Shown piece after piece: positions 30,103 to 38,505 of a DNA stretch of 64,000 nucleotides. Below the pieces are notes generated by a model. That model ran no database searches. It was not told the origin of the DNA and saw only the letters and a list, made by a program, of their open reading frames with translations. The stretch is taken from contig CAXXJJ010000004.1 in NCBI GenBank assembly GCA_963667015.2, forward strand, positions 588,874 through 652,873. The letters are read 5' to 3'. This DNA comes from Desulfatiglandales bacterium (GTDB lineage: Bacteria > Desulfobacterota > DSM-4660 > Desulfatiglandales > HGW-15). Position 1 is the stretch's first letter, and each line of letters opens with the position of its first letter. The position numbers were made by a program, and so were the translations under genes.

Positions 30103-30822
30103 ATGACTATGGCGGATGAGACAAGTAACATAAACCGCAGGAGCTTTCTTAAAAACGCGGGAGTCATAATCGGTGGAAGTGCCATTGGCGCAGCCGGAAT
30201 GACGCTCAGGCCGGAAATGGCGCAAGCCGCTGAAGCCGTTAAAGGGGTCCCCCGGACCGTTACGCAGTTCCGTTGCCCTGTTTGCAGCAAAAATTTCAGC
30301 AGCTTTGCAGAATTAAAAAATCATTTTAAAACGGATCATCCTGAACAAGTAGAGCCCGTCACTACAAAGCTCAATATAAACGGAGAGGAATGCGAGGTAC
30401 TTATCGAACCCCACTGGACACTTCAGCGAACCCTTCAGTTCAAACTCGGTCTTACAGGCGCAAAACACATGTGCGGCCGTGGCGTATGCGGATCCTGCAC
30501 GGTTATTATGGATGGAAGGGCTATCCTGTCATGTACGACACTTGCTGTGGAGTGTGAAGGCAAACACATCCAGACGGTTGAAGGCATAGCAGCAGATCCC
30601 AAATGGAGGCCCCTGATCGATTCCTATTGTAAATGGGATGCCATGCAGTGCGGTTACTGTACCCCGGGGTTTCTAGTAAGCGCCAAGGCTCTCCTGGATA
30701 AAAAACAAAACCCGACCGAAGAAGACTGCAAACAGGCACTGGCAGGCAATATCTGCTGCTGCGGTACATATCACCGTCATCCAACCGCCATCATGGAAGC
30801 CGCTCCTGCAGTAAAGGCATGA
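30103..30822 (+). CDS. Tat-signal (2Fe-2S)-binding small subunit of a molybdenum hydroxylase (PaoA/CoxS-like) with an inserted C2H2 zinc-finger motif
   Basis: Twin-arginine NRRSFLKNAG. 2Fe-2S motifs CGRGVCGSCTV and CGYCTPGF...CCCGTY. Insertion FRCPVCSKNFSSFAELKNHFKTDH. The start could be ATG at 30109, which has better SD spacing. Confidence 0.85.
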   Translation: MTMADETSNINRRSFLKNAGVIIGGSAIGAAGMTLRPEMAQAAEAVKGVPRTVTQFRCPVCSKNFSSFAELKNHFKTDHPEQVEPVTTKLNINGEECEVLIEPHWTLQRTLQFKLGLTGAKHMCGRGVCGSCTVIMDGRAILSCTTLAVECEGKHIQTVEGIAADPKWRPLIDSYCKWDAMQCGYCTPGFLVSAKALLDKKQNPTEEDCKQALAGNICCCGTYHRHPTAIMEAAPAVKA

Positions 30823-30838
30823 GCATAGGAGAAAAAAT

Positions 30839-31798
30839 ATGAAACCATTTAATCATGTAAATGCAACATCACTGGAGGAGATCAGGACAGCCCTTTCCGA
30901 TGGTAAAACAAACATTATTGCCGGCGGTACAGATCTCCTTGGGACACTTAAGGACAATATCCTCAGGACCTACCCTTCAACAGTAATCAATCTAAAGACC
31001 GTTTCCGGCCTTGATCACATTGAGGAAAAGGGCGGCATACTCAGCATAGGTGCAGCAACACGTCTTGCTGATATAGCCGGAAACCCGATCGTACAAAAGA
31101 AGTACACCGCTCTTGCCCAGGCTGCCTCAAGGGTAGCAACGCCCCATGTCCGTGAAATGGGGACAATCGGCGGGAACATAGCTCAATTACACCGTTGCTG
31201 GTATTTCCGTAAACCGGAAAACCGTTTTGACTGCAAACGTAAAGGCGGCAGCACTTGTTTTGCCATGAGTGGCGACAACCGATATCATTCAATCTTTGGT
31301 GCAAAGGGGGGATGTATTGCAGTAAATCCAAGCGATACGGCCCCTGCCCTTATCGCCCTTAATGCAAAGGTGGTTACTGACCGCAGAACTATAGATGCTG
31401 AAAATTTCTTTGATGTTAAACAGCCGGGCAATACTGTCCTGGAAACAGACGAAATAATCAAAGAAATCCAGATCCCCGAGCCTCCAAAGGGTGCAAAGAG
31501 CGCTTTTATAAAATTCGCATTCAGAAAGTCCATAGACTTTCCTATAGTTAACTGCGCTGTCATGGTCGGTGGAAAAAATCCAAGAATAAGCCTTAATGCC
31601 GTGGGTCCCACACCTGTTCGCGCAACAAAGGCCGAAGATGTAATCTCCGGGAAAAGCATAAAAAAAATCAGTGAAAAGGACGCCGAGGCTGCGGGTGAGG
31701 CAGCAGTTGCAGATGCAAAGCCTCTTTTCAAGGCAGCAAAGTTTAAGGTCCAGATTGCCAGAACCCTGGTCAAAAGGGCAATTTTGTCTGTAAAATAG
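30839..31798 (+). CDS. FAD-binding medium subunit of a molybdenum hydroxylase (PaoB/CoxM-like)
   Basis: IIAGGTDLLGTLKD and ATPHVREMGTIGGNIAQ motifs of the FAD_binding_5 family. Confidence 0.85.
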   Translation: MKPFNHVNATSLEEIRTALSDGKTNIIAGGTDLLGTLKDNILRTYPSTVINLKTVSGLDHIEEKGGILSIGAATRLADIAGNPIVQKKYTALAQAASRVATPHVREMGTIGGNIAQLHRCWYFRKPENRFDCKRKGGSTCFAMSGDNRYHSIFGAKGGCIAVNPSDTAPALIALNAKVVTDRRTIDAENFFDVKQPGNTVLETDEIIKEIQIPEPPKGAKSAFIKFAFRKSIDFPIVNCAVMVGGKNPRISLNAVGPTPVRATKAEDVISGKSIKKISEKDAEAAGEAAVADAKPLFKAAKFKVQIARTLVKRAILSVK

Positions 31799-31822
31799 AG
31801 AAGTGCATTATACAAGCTGAAA

Positions 31823-32593
31823 ATGATAGGTGCAATAGCAGGAGATATCATAGGGTCTGTTTATGAGCACAACAGTATCAAGACCAAAGATTTTCCTTTA
31901 TTCAGTGCCTTTTCCAGATTCACTGATGACACTGTGCTGACAGTTGCAGTTGCCTGGTCAATTTTATCCGGAATACCTTACAGGGATGCAATTAAAGAGA
32001 TCGGTAACCGCTACCCCGACGCCGGATATGGCGGAACGTTTATCCAGTGGCTTTTGTCAAAAGACGCAGGGCCATACAACAGCTGGGGCAATGGCTCAGC
32101 CATGCGTGTCAGCCCAATAGGATTTGCCTTTGAAACCATTGAGGAAGTGCTTGAACAGGCACGAATGAGTGCAGAGATCACCCACAATCACCCGGAGGGA
32201 ATAAAGGGTGCACAGGCAACTGCACTTGCGGTATACCTTGCCCGGCGAAAAACCAATAAGAACGGAATAAGAGAAGAGATAAAAAACCGTTTCAATTACA
32301 ATCTGGACAGGTCGGTGAATGAGATCCGCGCGGTATACGCATTTGATATATCATGCCAGGGCACTGTCCCCGAAGCGATAATTTCATTCCTGGATTCCGG
32401 ATCGTATGAAGATACAATTCGTAATGCAGTCTCTCTGGGAGGCGACAGTGATACCCTGGCCTGTATTGCAGGTGGAATTGCAGAGGCATATTATGGACAG
32501 ATTCCTGATGATATTTATAAGAAGGTGGAAGAGATACTGCCTGCTGATTTGATGGAAATTGTAAGAGATTTTTATACTGAATTTATCTTTTAA
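31823..32593 (+). CDS. ADP-ribosylglycohydrolase family protein
   Basis: MIGAIAGDIIGS..., FTDDT, GNGSAMRVSPIG and GGDSDTLACIAGGIAEA motifs. Confidence 0.85.
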   Translation: MIGAIAGDIIGSVYEHNSIKTKDFPLFSAFSRFTDDTVLTVAVAWSILSGIPYRDAIKEIGNRYPDAGYGGTFIQWLLSKDAGPYNSWGNGSAMRVSPIGFAFETIEEVLEQARMSAEITHNHPEGIKGAQATALAVYLARRKTNKNGIREEIKNRFNYNLDRSVNEIRAVYAFDISCQGTVPEAIISFLDSGSYEDTIRNAVSLGGDSDTLACIAGGIAEAYYGQIPDDIYKKVEEILPADLMEIVRDFYTEFIF

Positions 32594-32606
32594 TGGAGAT
32601 TTAAGG

Positions 32607-34883
32607 ATGTCAGGCAACACAAATTTTAAAGGAATTATAAAAACAAGCTATATTGATTCCACTCCATACTGGGAGGAAGAAAAAAGGGCGCCAAAAGACG
32701 CGCCAAATATCATTTATATTGTTCTGGATGATACAGGTTATTCTCAACTGGGCTGCTACGGCTCGCTGGTGGACACCCCCAATATTGATTCAATAGCGGC
32801 TGACGGTCTGAGATACAGAGATTTCCATGTTAATGCCATGTGTTCCCCTACCCGGGCAAGCCTCCTGACAGGCTGCAATAACCATACAGTAGGACTGGGT
32901 TTTCTTTCCAATTATGATCTGGGTGTCCCCCCTCTTTCCGGTAGCCTTGATCACAAATACGGCTATATAAGTGAAACCCTGCTGGAAAACGGTTATTCCA
33001 CCTTTGCCCTCGGGAAATGGCATCTGTGCAAACAAAAGGATATGGAAGGGGCCGGGCCATTCACCCAGTGGCCTCTGGGAAGGGGTTTTGAGAAGTATTA
33101 CGGATTTCTCAACGCAGCGACAAGCCAGTTCCACCCGGCCCTTGTTCAGGATAACCAGTTTATAGATCCTCCAAAACTGCCGGAAGAAGGATATCATTTA
33201 AGTGAGGACCTTATTGATAAAGCCATAGGCTATATAGGTGATCAGAAATCATGTTCGCCTGAAAAACCATTTTTCTGCTACCTTGCCTTCGGTGCCATGC
33301 ACGGTCCACACCATGCTCCCCGGGAATACATTGATAAATACAAAGGAGTATTTGATGAAGGCTGGGATATCTATAGAGAGAAGGTCTTTATCAGACAAAA
33401 AGAGATGGGGCTTATTCCTGAAGATACTGTTCTTACTGAAAGAAACAAAATGGCACCTTCATGGGAAGGGCTTTCCGACCGGCAAAAGAAAATATTTGCA
33501 AGATACATGGAGGCGTTTGCAGGCTACCTTACACACACAGATGATCAGGTGGGCCGTCTCCTGGATTTTCTTAAAGAGATAGGCCAGTACGAAAATACAC
33601 TTATTGTCCTGCTTTCAGACAACGGCGCATCAGGAGAAGGCGGGCCAAACGGCAGTTTCAGCGAATATTATCATTTACTATCCATGAAATGGCCCGATCT
33701 TGCAACAGATGAAGAGTATGAACAGCTCGGCTCTCCCGAGGCCAGTAATAATTACCCTCCAGGCTGGGCATGGGCTGGCAATACCCCGCTCAAATGGTAT
33801 AAAACCTGGGTTCACGCCGGGGGTGTAAAGGTACCTCTCATTATCAGCTATCCGAAAAAGATTAAAGACAAAGGCGCCATAAGAAACCAGTACCATCATG
33901 TTATTGACATTAACGCCACTGTTCTTGATATCTGTAATATTGCACAGCTCGAGAGTATAAAAGGTGTAAAACAGGAGCCAAAGCCGGGCGTAACTATGTC
34001 ATACACATTTGACGATCAGGATGCCTCCGGAGAAAGACATGTGCAGTATTATGAAATGCTGGGCAACCGGGGGATATGGGCTGATGGATGGAAGGCAATA
34101 ACCAATCATGTTGAATCTGACAGTTTTGAAAAAGATAAATGGGAACTTTACAACACTGCAGTGGATTTTTCAGAATCAAATGACCTGGCGGAACAGCATC
34201 CTGAAAAATTAAAGGAGATGATTGATCTCTGGTGGGGAGAGGCCCGTGAATTCGGGGTCCTGCCTATGCTGGAAAGTTATTACAAGAAGAAAAACGGCTT
34301 TGACTTCAACAAAATGCTGAGATTCCCTCCATCCGAAGAAAAAACCAGGTATGTATATTATCCGCAAAAACTGCCCGGAGGTGGAGTACCCAGAATTGCC
34401 AACAAGTCTTTTACCATGACTGCCTACCTGGAGCATAACACGGGGAATGAGGGAGTACTTGTATCCGCAGGCGTGAATGTCAGCGGCTATTCAATGAATA
34501 TCGAAGACAACAGGCTGCATTTTCATTACAATTATCTCAATGAATCGCATTTTCATGTAGAATCCGAAGATGAGCTTCCAACCGGGAAACATTCGCTGAC
34601 TGTTGATTTTATTCAGACAGCCCAGGATCAGGGTGTATGCCGCCTTCTTATAGACGGAATACCATGTTCGAGCGGAATTGATATCTCGACCTATCCTCTA
34701 TTTGCTGCAGCGGGAGGATTTGCCGTAGGAAGGTATGCAACATCCCCTGTTGTTGCATCACACAGGTCGATGGGATATTTTAAATACAGTGGCAATATAA
34801 AAAAGGTTGTATACAATCTTGAAAGACCGGTAAGTGATCATGATTTGATGATAGAACTGGAAGAGGAAGAAAAGAAAGCCTAA
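32607..34883 (+). CDS. Arylsulfatase (Cys-type formylglycine sulfatase), with no signal peptide
   Basis: IIYIVLDDTGY and FGly motif CSPTRASLLTG. 758 aa. Confidence 0.9.
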   Translation: MSGNTNFKGIIKTSYIDSTPYWEEEKRAPKDAPNIIYIVLDDTGYSQLGCYGSLVDTPNIDSIAADGLRYRDFHVNAMCSPTRASLLTGCNNHTVGLGFLSNYDLGVPPLSGSLDHKYGYISETLLENGYSTFALGKWHLCKQKDMEGAGPFTQWPLGRGFEKYYGFLNAATSQFHPALVQDNQFIDPPKLPEEGYHLSEDLIDKAIGYIGDQKSCSPEKPFFCYLAFGAMHGPHHAPREYIDKYKGVFDEGWDIYREKVFIRQKEMGLIPEDTVLTERNKMAPSWEGLSDRQKKIFARYMEAFAGYLTHTDDQVGRLLDFLKEIGQYENTLIVLLSDNGASGEGGPNGSFSEYYHLLSMKWPDLATDEEYEQLGSPEASNNYPPGWAWAGNTPLKWYKTWVHAGGVKVPLIISYPKKIKDKGAIRNQYHHVIDINATVLDICNIAQLESIKGVKQEPKPGVTMSYTFDDQDASGERHVQYYEMLGNRGIWADGWKAITNHVESDSFEKDKWELYNTAVDFSESNDLAEQHPEKLKEMIDLWWGEAREFGVLPMLESYYKKKNGFDFNKMLRFPPSEEKTRYVYYPQKLPGGGVPRIANKSFTMTAYLEHNTGNEGVLVSAGVNVSGYSMNIEDNRLHFHYNYLNESHFHVESEDELPTGKHSLTVDFIQTAQDQGVCRLLIDGIPCSSGIDISTYPLFAAAGGFAVGRYATSPVVASHRSMGYFKYSGNIKKVVYNLERPVSDHDLMIELEEEEKKA

Positions 34884-34890
34884 AAAAAAA

Positions 34891-34919
34891 GGGAACAAGA
34901 TTAATCATTGTTCCCTTTT
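34891..34919. terminator. Bidirectional intrinsic terminator between the sulfatase and MBL genes
   Basis: GGGAACAA-9 nt-TTGTTCCC, flanked by A9 on the left and TTTTATTTTT on the right. Confidence 0.8.
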
Positions 34920-34934
34920 ATTTTTAGCTATAGC

Positions 34935-35798
34935 CTAATCTAAATCCTCATCACGCCATTCCCAGTCTCTTCCGCCCTTGAATACCGCTGCATTCATCTC
35001 ATTACTGAGGAACAGAAGGTTGGAATTGGGAAAACGAAGCGCCATTTCAAGGAAGAACTCACTGGTTGTATCCGTGCTGGCAAGAACTTCTTTTGTGGCT
35101 TTAAGATACTCTTTCATATAAACAAAGCATGATGAGTCAAAAGGCATGCCCGGGCTCTGATGGCCTGGAATTACAGTCTCAGCACCCAGTTTTTCCAGCA
35201 TTTCAACATCTTCAAGCCATTTTTGTCTTTCTTCTTCATTTATCTCACAGGTGAAAGGATGAGATTCATTAAAAAGCACATCACTTCCGTATAGAAGTTT
35301 AATAGAAGGAACCCATACAACGGTATTGTATTTAAGATCGCCCATGATATGAGGCATAATCTCAATTTTATGGCCTTCCAGTTCAAAATAATTATTTTCC
35401 ATGGGCTCGATATTAACTGCCTTTGTGGGAACATTTATAGGTCCGATAATATCTACCCAGTGATCAATTTTGCCAAACATCTGCTTGTTTACAGTATTGG
35501 CTACTTCCGATAAAGCTATAACCTTTGCTTCGGGAAAAGCATCTTTTATTGGACCAAGTCCAAAATAATGATCAGGATGTGCATGTGTCACATACATGTA
35601 CTTAAGGGTTTTTCCGGTTTCAAGGATCTCGGCCACTACCCTGTGACCGTTTGCAAGGCTCCATTGAGCATCGAGTATTGCGCAGTCTTTCTCACCCATT
35701 AAAATTACAGTACAAACTGAAAAACCGGCTTTTTCATCACTAAAAAAAACCTTTGCAGAAAGTTTACCAGGTCCATTGTCAACATATCTTACTTCCAT
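34935..35798 (-). CDS. MBL-fold metallo-hydrolase
   Basis: THAHPDH metal-binding motif. 287 aa. Confidence 0.85.
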   Translation of the reverse strand: MEVRYVDNGPGKLSAKVFFSDEKAGFSVCTVILMGEKDCAILDAQWSLANGHRVVAEILETGKTLKYMYVTHAHPDHYFGLGPIKDAFPEAKVIALSEVANTVNKQMFGKIDHWVDIIGPINVPTKAVNIEPMENNYFELEGHKIEIMPHIMGDLKYNTVVWVPSIKLLYGSDVLFNESHPFTCEINEEERQKWLEDVEMLEKLGAETVIPGHQSPGMPFDSSCFVYMKEYLKATKEVLASTDTTSEFFLEMALRFPNSNLLFLSNEMNAAVFKGGRDWEWRDEDLD

Positions 35799-36001
35799 AT
35801 TATGCCCTCCTGTTAATTTTATGTTATTTCAATATCCTAAGAAGTTATTTGAAATGTTAATTAGAGCTACATACTATACACTATTTTACCGTGTATTCAA
35901 GTATTTTACTTAATCATTGAACGGCTCCCGGTCATGTGTTACAAAACAAAGTCATTACGTTTGTAAAGCCGCCGTTATTCTTAACCGGAGGAGGCATTTA
36001 T

Positions 36002-36808
36002 ATGCATTTAACACCGCCAATCACAAATATGTCTGACGCCTTCAGCGTCAAGGGAAAGAATGTAATAGTAACAGGAGGAAACCGTGGAATAGGACTGGGT
36101 ATAAGCACAGCCTTTGCCCAGAGCGGTGCCAATGTTGTCATCCTTTGCCGAAATATCGAAAAAGGCATGAAGGTTGCCGGGAGTTTTGATCAGTATGGAG
36201 GTAGACACGCCTGCATAAAGTGCGATATCTCTGACAGAAAGAGTGTTGAAACAGCCACAGGCGAAATATATTCATTTTTTGACCATGTTGATGTTCTTGT
36301 TAACAACGCCGGGGTTGCTACAAACATTCCATTTATCGAGGATAAAAATTTAAGCGAATGGCACAGGGTCATTAATACAGACCTTCACGGAGTAGCAAAT
36401 ATGATTCATGCCATTGCGCCGAAAATGAGGGATGCAGGTCTTGGCGGAAGAATCATTAATATTTCATCCATAGGCGCTCAGAACATCGGCAATGCATTGA
36501 GCCACCCCAATGCCCCATACCATGCAGCAAAAGCAGGCCTGGATCATTTTACCCGATACCTGGCGGTTGAACTGGGTGAATACGGCATACGTGTGAACAG
36601 TATCGAACCGGGTCCGTTCCATTCGGACCTTGATAAGGACCTTCCTGAAGAGGCCCATGAATTCATCAGAAGAGAAACACCTTGCCACCGCTTTGGTGAA
36701 CCCATCGAAATCGGTGCCTATTGCGTTTTTCTTTCTTCACCAGCGGGAAGTCACATTACCGGTTCTATATGTGTTCATGATGGAGGTTTACTCTGCAGAG
36801 CAGGCTGA
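36002..36808 (+). CDS. SDR-family oxidoreductase
   Basis: Lies within track ORF 35936..36808. ATG at 36002 follows GGAGGAGG. TGGNRGIG, NNAG and YxxxK (YHAAK) motifs. Confidence 0.85.
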   Translation: MHLTPPITNMSDAFSVKGKNVIVTGGNRGIGLGISTAFAQSGANVVILCRNIEKGMKVAGSFDQYGGRHACIKCDISDRKSVETATGEIYSFFDHVDVLVNNAGVATNIPFIEDKNLSEWHRVINTDLHGVANMIHAIAPKMRDAGLGGRIINISSIGAQNIGNALSHPNAPYHAAKAGLDHFTRYLAVELGEYGIRVNSIEPGPFHSDLDKDLPEEAHEFIRRETPCHRFGEPIEIGAYCVFLSSPAGSHITGSICVHDGGLLCRAG

Positions 36809-36829
36809 TTTTAGAAAAGGAGAAAAGGA

Positions 36830-37705
36830 ATGTCCAATATAAAATATTTCGCACTGGCAGGACAGGGAAATCCGGTAAAAACAAGGGTAGAGCCGAAAAA
36901 TGCCCGGGTTAATGCGGTATGGATGGATGAAGCGATTATAAAAGGATGTATGTTCAACGAGGCTTCATGGTTTTTAAAATCATGTAAAGAACCGGGGCTT
37001 GTAAAACATAATTCAGACAAGGTCATATTTTTATTAGGCGGAAATCCTGACAAACCGGAGAGGCTTAATGCTACAGTCGATTTATGGATAGAAAACGACA
37101 AACTCACACTCACGAATACATGCGCAGTGTTTGTGCCCGAAGGTGCAGCCCATGGAAACCTTGAGGTGAAAGATCTGGAATTCCCCTTCTTCTACTATGA
37201 ATGCCATCTTAATACAGATAAATACGAGGTCTTTCCTGCAGAGGCAACTGCTGCGCCCGGCACCTGCAGCAAATACTATGTTGAAAGGTACGAACGACCG
37301 GATGGGACATTTCCGGAGGCGCCCGAAGGATTTATAAAGTTCCTGGTTTATCTTGATGGTAAAAGGCTTAAAGGTGCACCATATGCCGAGGCAATATGGT
37401 TCTGCGATACAAATGATACCGGTCCGGCCCCGCACAGCCATGATGATTTTGATGAATTCATAGGCTTTATAGGAACTGACCCTGACCACCCTGAAGAATT
37501 AAACGCTGAAGTGAGTTTTTTTATAGAGGATGAAAAGATTTCCATTACGAAAAGCTGCCTGATCTATATTCCAAGGGGTTTGACACACAGCCCAATATTT
37601 GTCCCAAGGCTTGATCGTCCGATATTCCACTTTTCAGGGGGTAATGGCGGGGATTATGCACGCAAGGGAGATGAGCATCGTAATGATAACATGTTTAAGC
37701 TCTAA
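36830..37705 (+). CDS. Hypothetical protein, possibly a bicupin
   Basis: Two internally similar halves (..VFVPEGAAHGNLE.. and ..IYIPRGLTHSPIF..), each preceded by a His-containing stretch. Strong RBS. Confidence 0.55.
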   Translation: MSNIKYFALAGQGNPVKTRVEPKNARVNAVWMDEAIIKGCMFNEASWFLKSCKEPGLVKHNSDKVIFLLGGNPDKPERLNATVDLWIENDKLTLTNTCAVFVPEGAAHGNLEVKDLEFPFFYYECHLNTDKYEVFPAEATAAPGTCSKYYVERYERPDGTFPEAPEGFIKFLVYLDGKRLKGAPYAEAIWFCDTNDTGPAPHSHDDFDEFIGFIGTDPDHPEELNAEVSFFIEDEKISITKSCLIYIPRGLTHSPIFVPRLDRPIFHFSGGNGGDYARKGDEHRNDNMFKL

Positions 37706-37783
37706 TTAAATTGACGAAAATAAGATGGTTATTTATTATCTCTGTAAGTATATTTTATCAGCAGATCAATTCAGGGAATAACT

Positions 37784-38272
37784 ATGGCAGAAGCAAAAAA
37801 AAATAAATCATCAGAAATATCAGATTTTCATCTGAAATATACTAAAGAAATAATATATTCCATCCGAAGGTTGATGCAGGCAGGTGAGCTATATACGAAA
37901 GAACTAAATAAAATTTATAATATAAGTTCTGCCCAGCTCAACTGCCTTCTCACCCTTCACGAAAACGGATCATTACCGCCGTCCCAGATCGCCAAATCAA
38001 TGATGGTTAATTCAAGTACAATAACCGGAATTATTGATCGACTGGAACAGAAAGGTCTTGTGAAGAGGATGCGGATATCCTCTGATCGGCGTGTAATTAC
38101 AGTTGAGCTGACAAAAAGCGGGCAGGTCCTAGCCGAGAATGCTCCTCCTCCTATTCAGCATAAATTGTTCGACGGCCTGAAAAAACTGCCTGAAAATGAC
38201 ATAAAATATATAGCTGAATCTCTGCTGAAACTTACAGATATGCTGGATGTCAAGGATCTGGAAGTTACCTAG
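37784..38272 (+). CDS. MarR-family transcriptional regulator
   Basis: Winged-HTH pattern LSSAQLNCLLTLHENGSLPPSQIAKSMMVNSSTITGIIDRLEQKGLVKR...DRR. Confidence 0.85.
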   Translation: MAEAKKNKSSEISDFHLKYTKEIIYSIRRLMQAGELYTKELNKIYNISSAQLNCLLTLHENGSLPPSQIAKSMMVNSSTITGIIDRLEQKGLVKRMRISSDRRVITVELTKSGQVLAENAPPPIQHKLFDGLKKLPENDIKYIAESLLKLTDMLDVKDLEVT

Positions 38273-38505
38273 TAGAACATTAATTTCAACCATTCCTGTT
38301 TTTTAATATCCTTATATATTAAGCAGTTATACCGGGTCACACCGAGGCGGCTTGACATTTCCCTTGTATTCATATATTTTGAGTTGAAAATATATTTACA
38401 GAAACTGTTTTATCTGAATTAAAAATCATATTAAATGGTCATCTAAAATTCCAAAGCCTTCAGCGGATAACAGGGAGGCTTTATTTTATTGTTAAAGGAG
38501 ATAAA

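Noticed and set aside
38446-38490. Hairpin AAAGCCT-16 nt-AGGCTTT followed by ATTTTATT in the asnB leader; a possible attenuator.
   Set aside because: The stem is short and AT-rich with a large loop. I found no T-box or other leader motifs and no alternative antiterminator. The evidence is insufficient.
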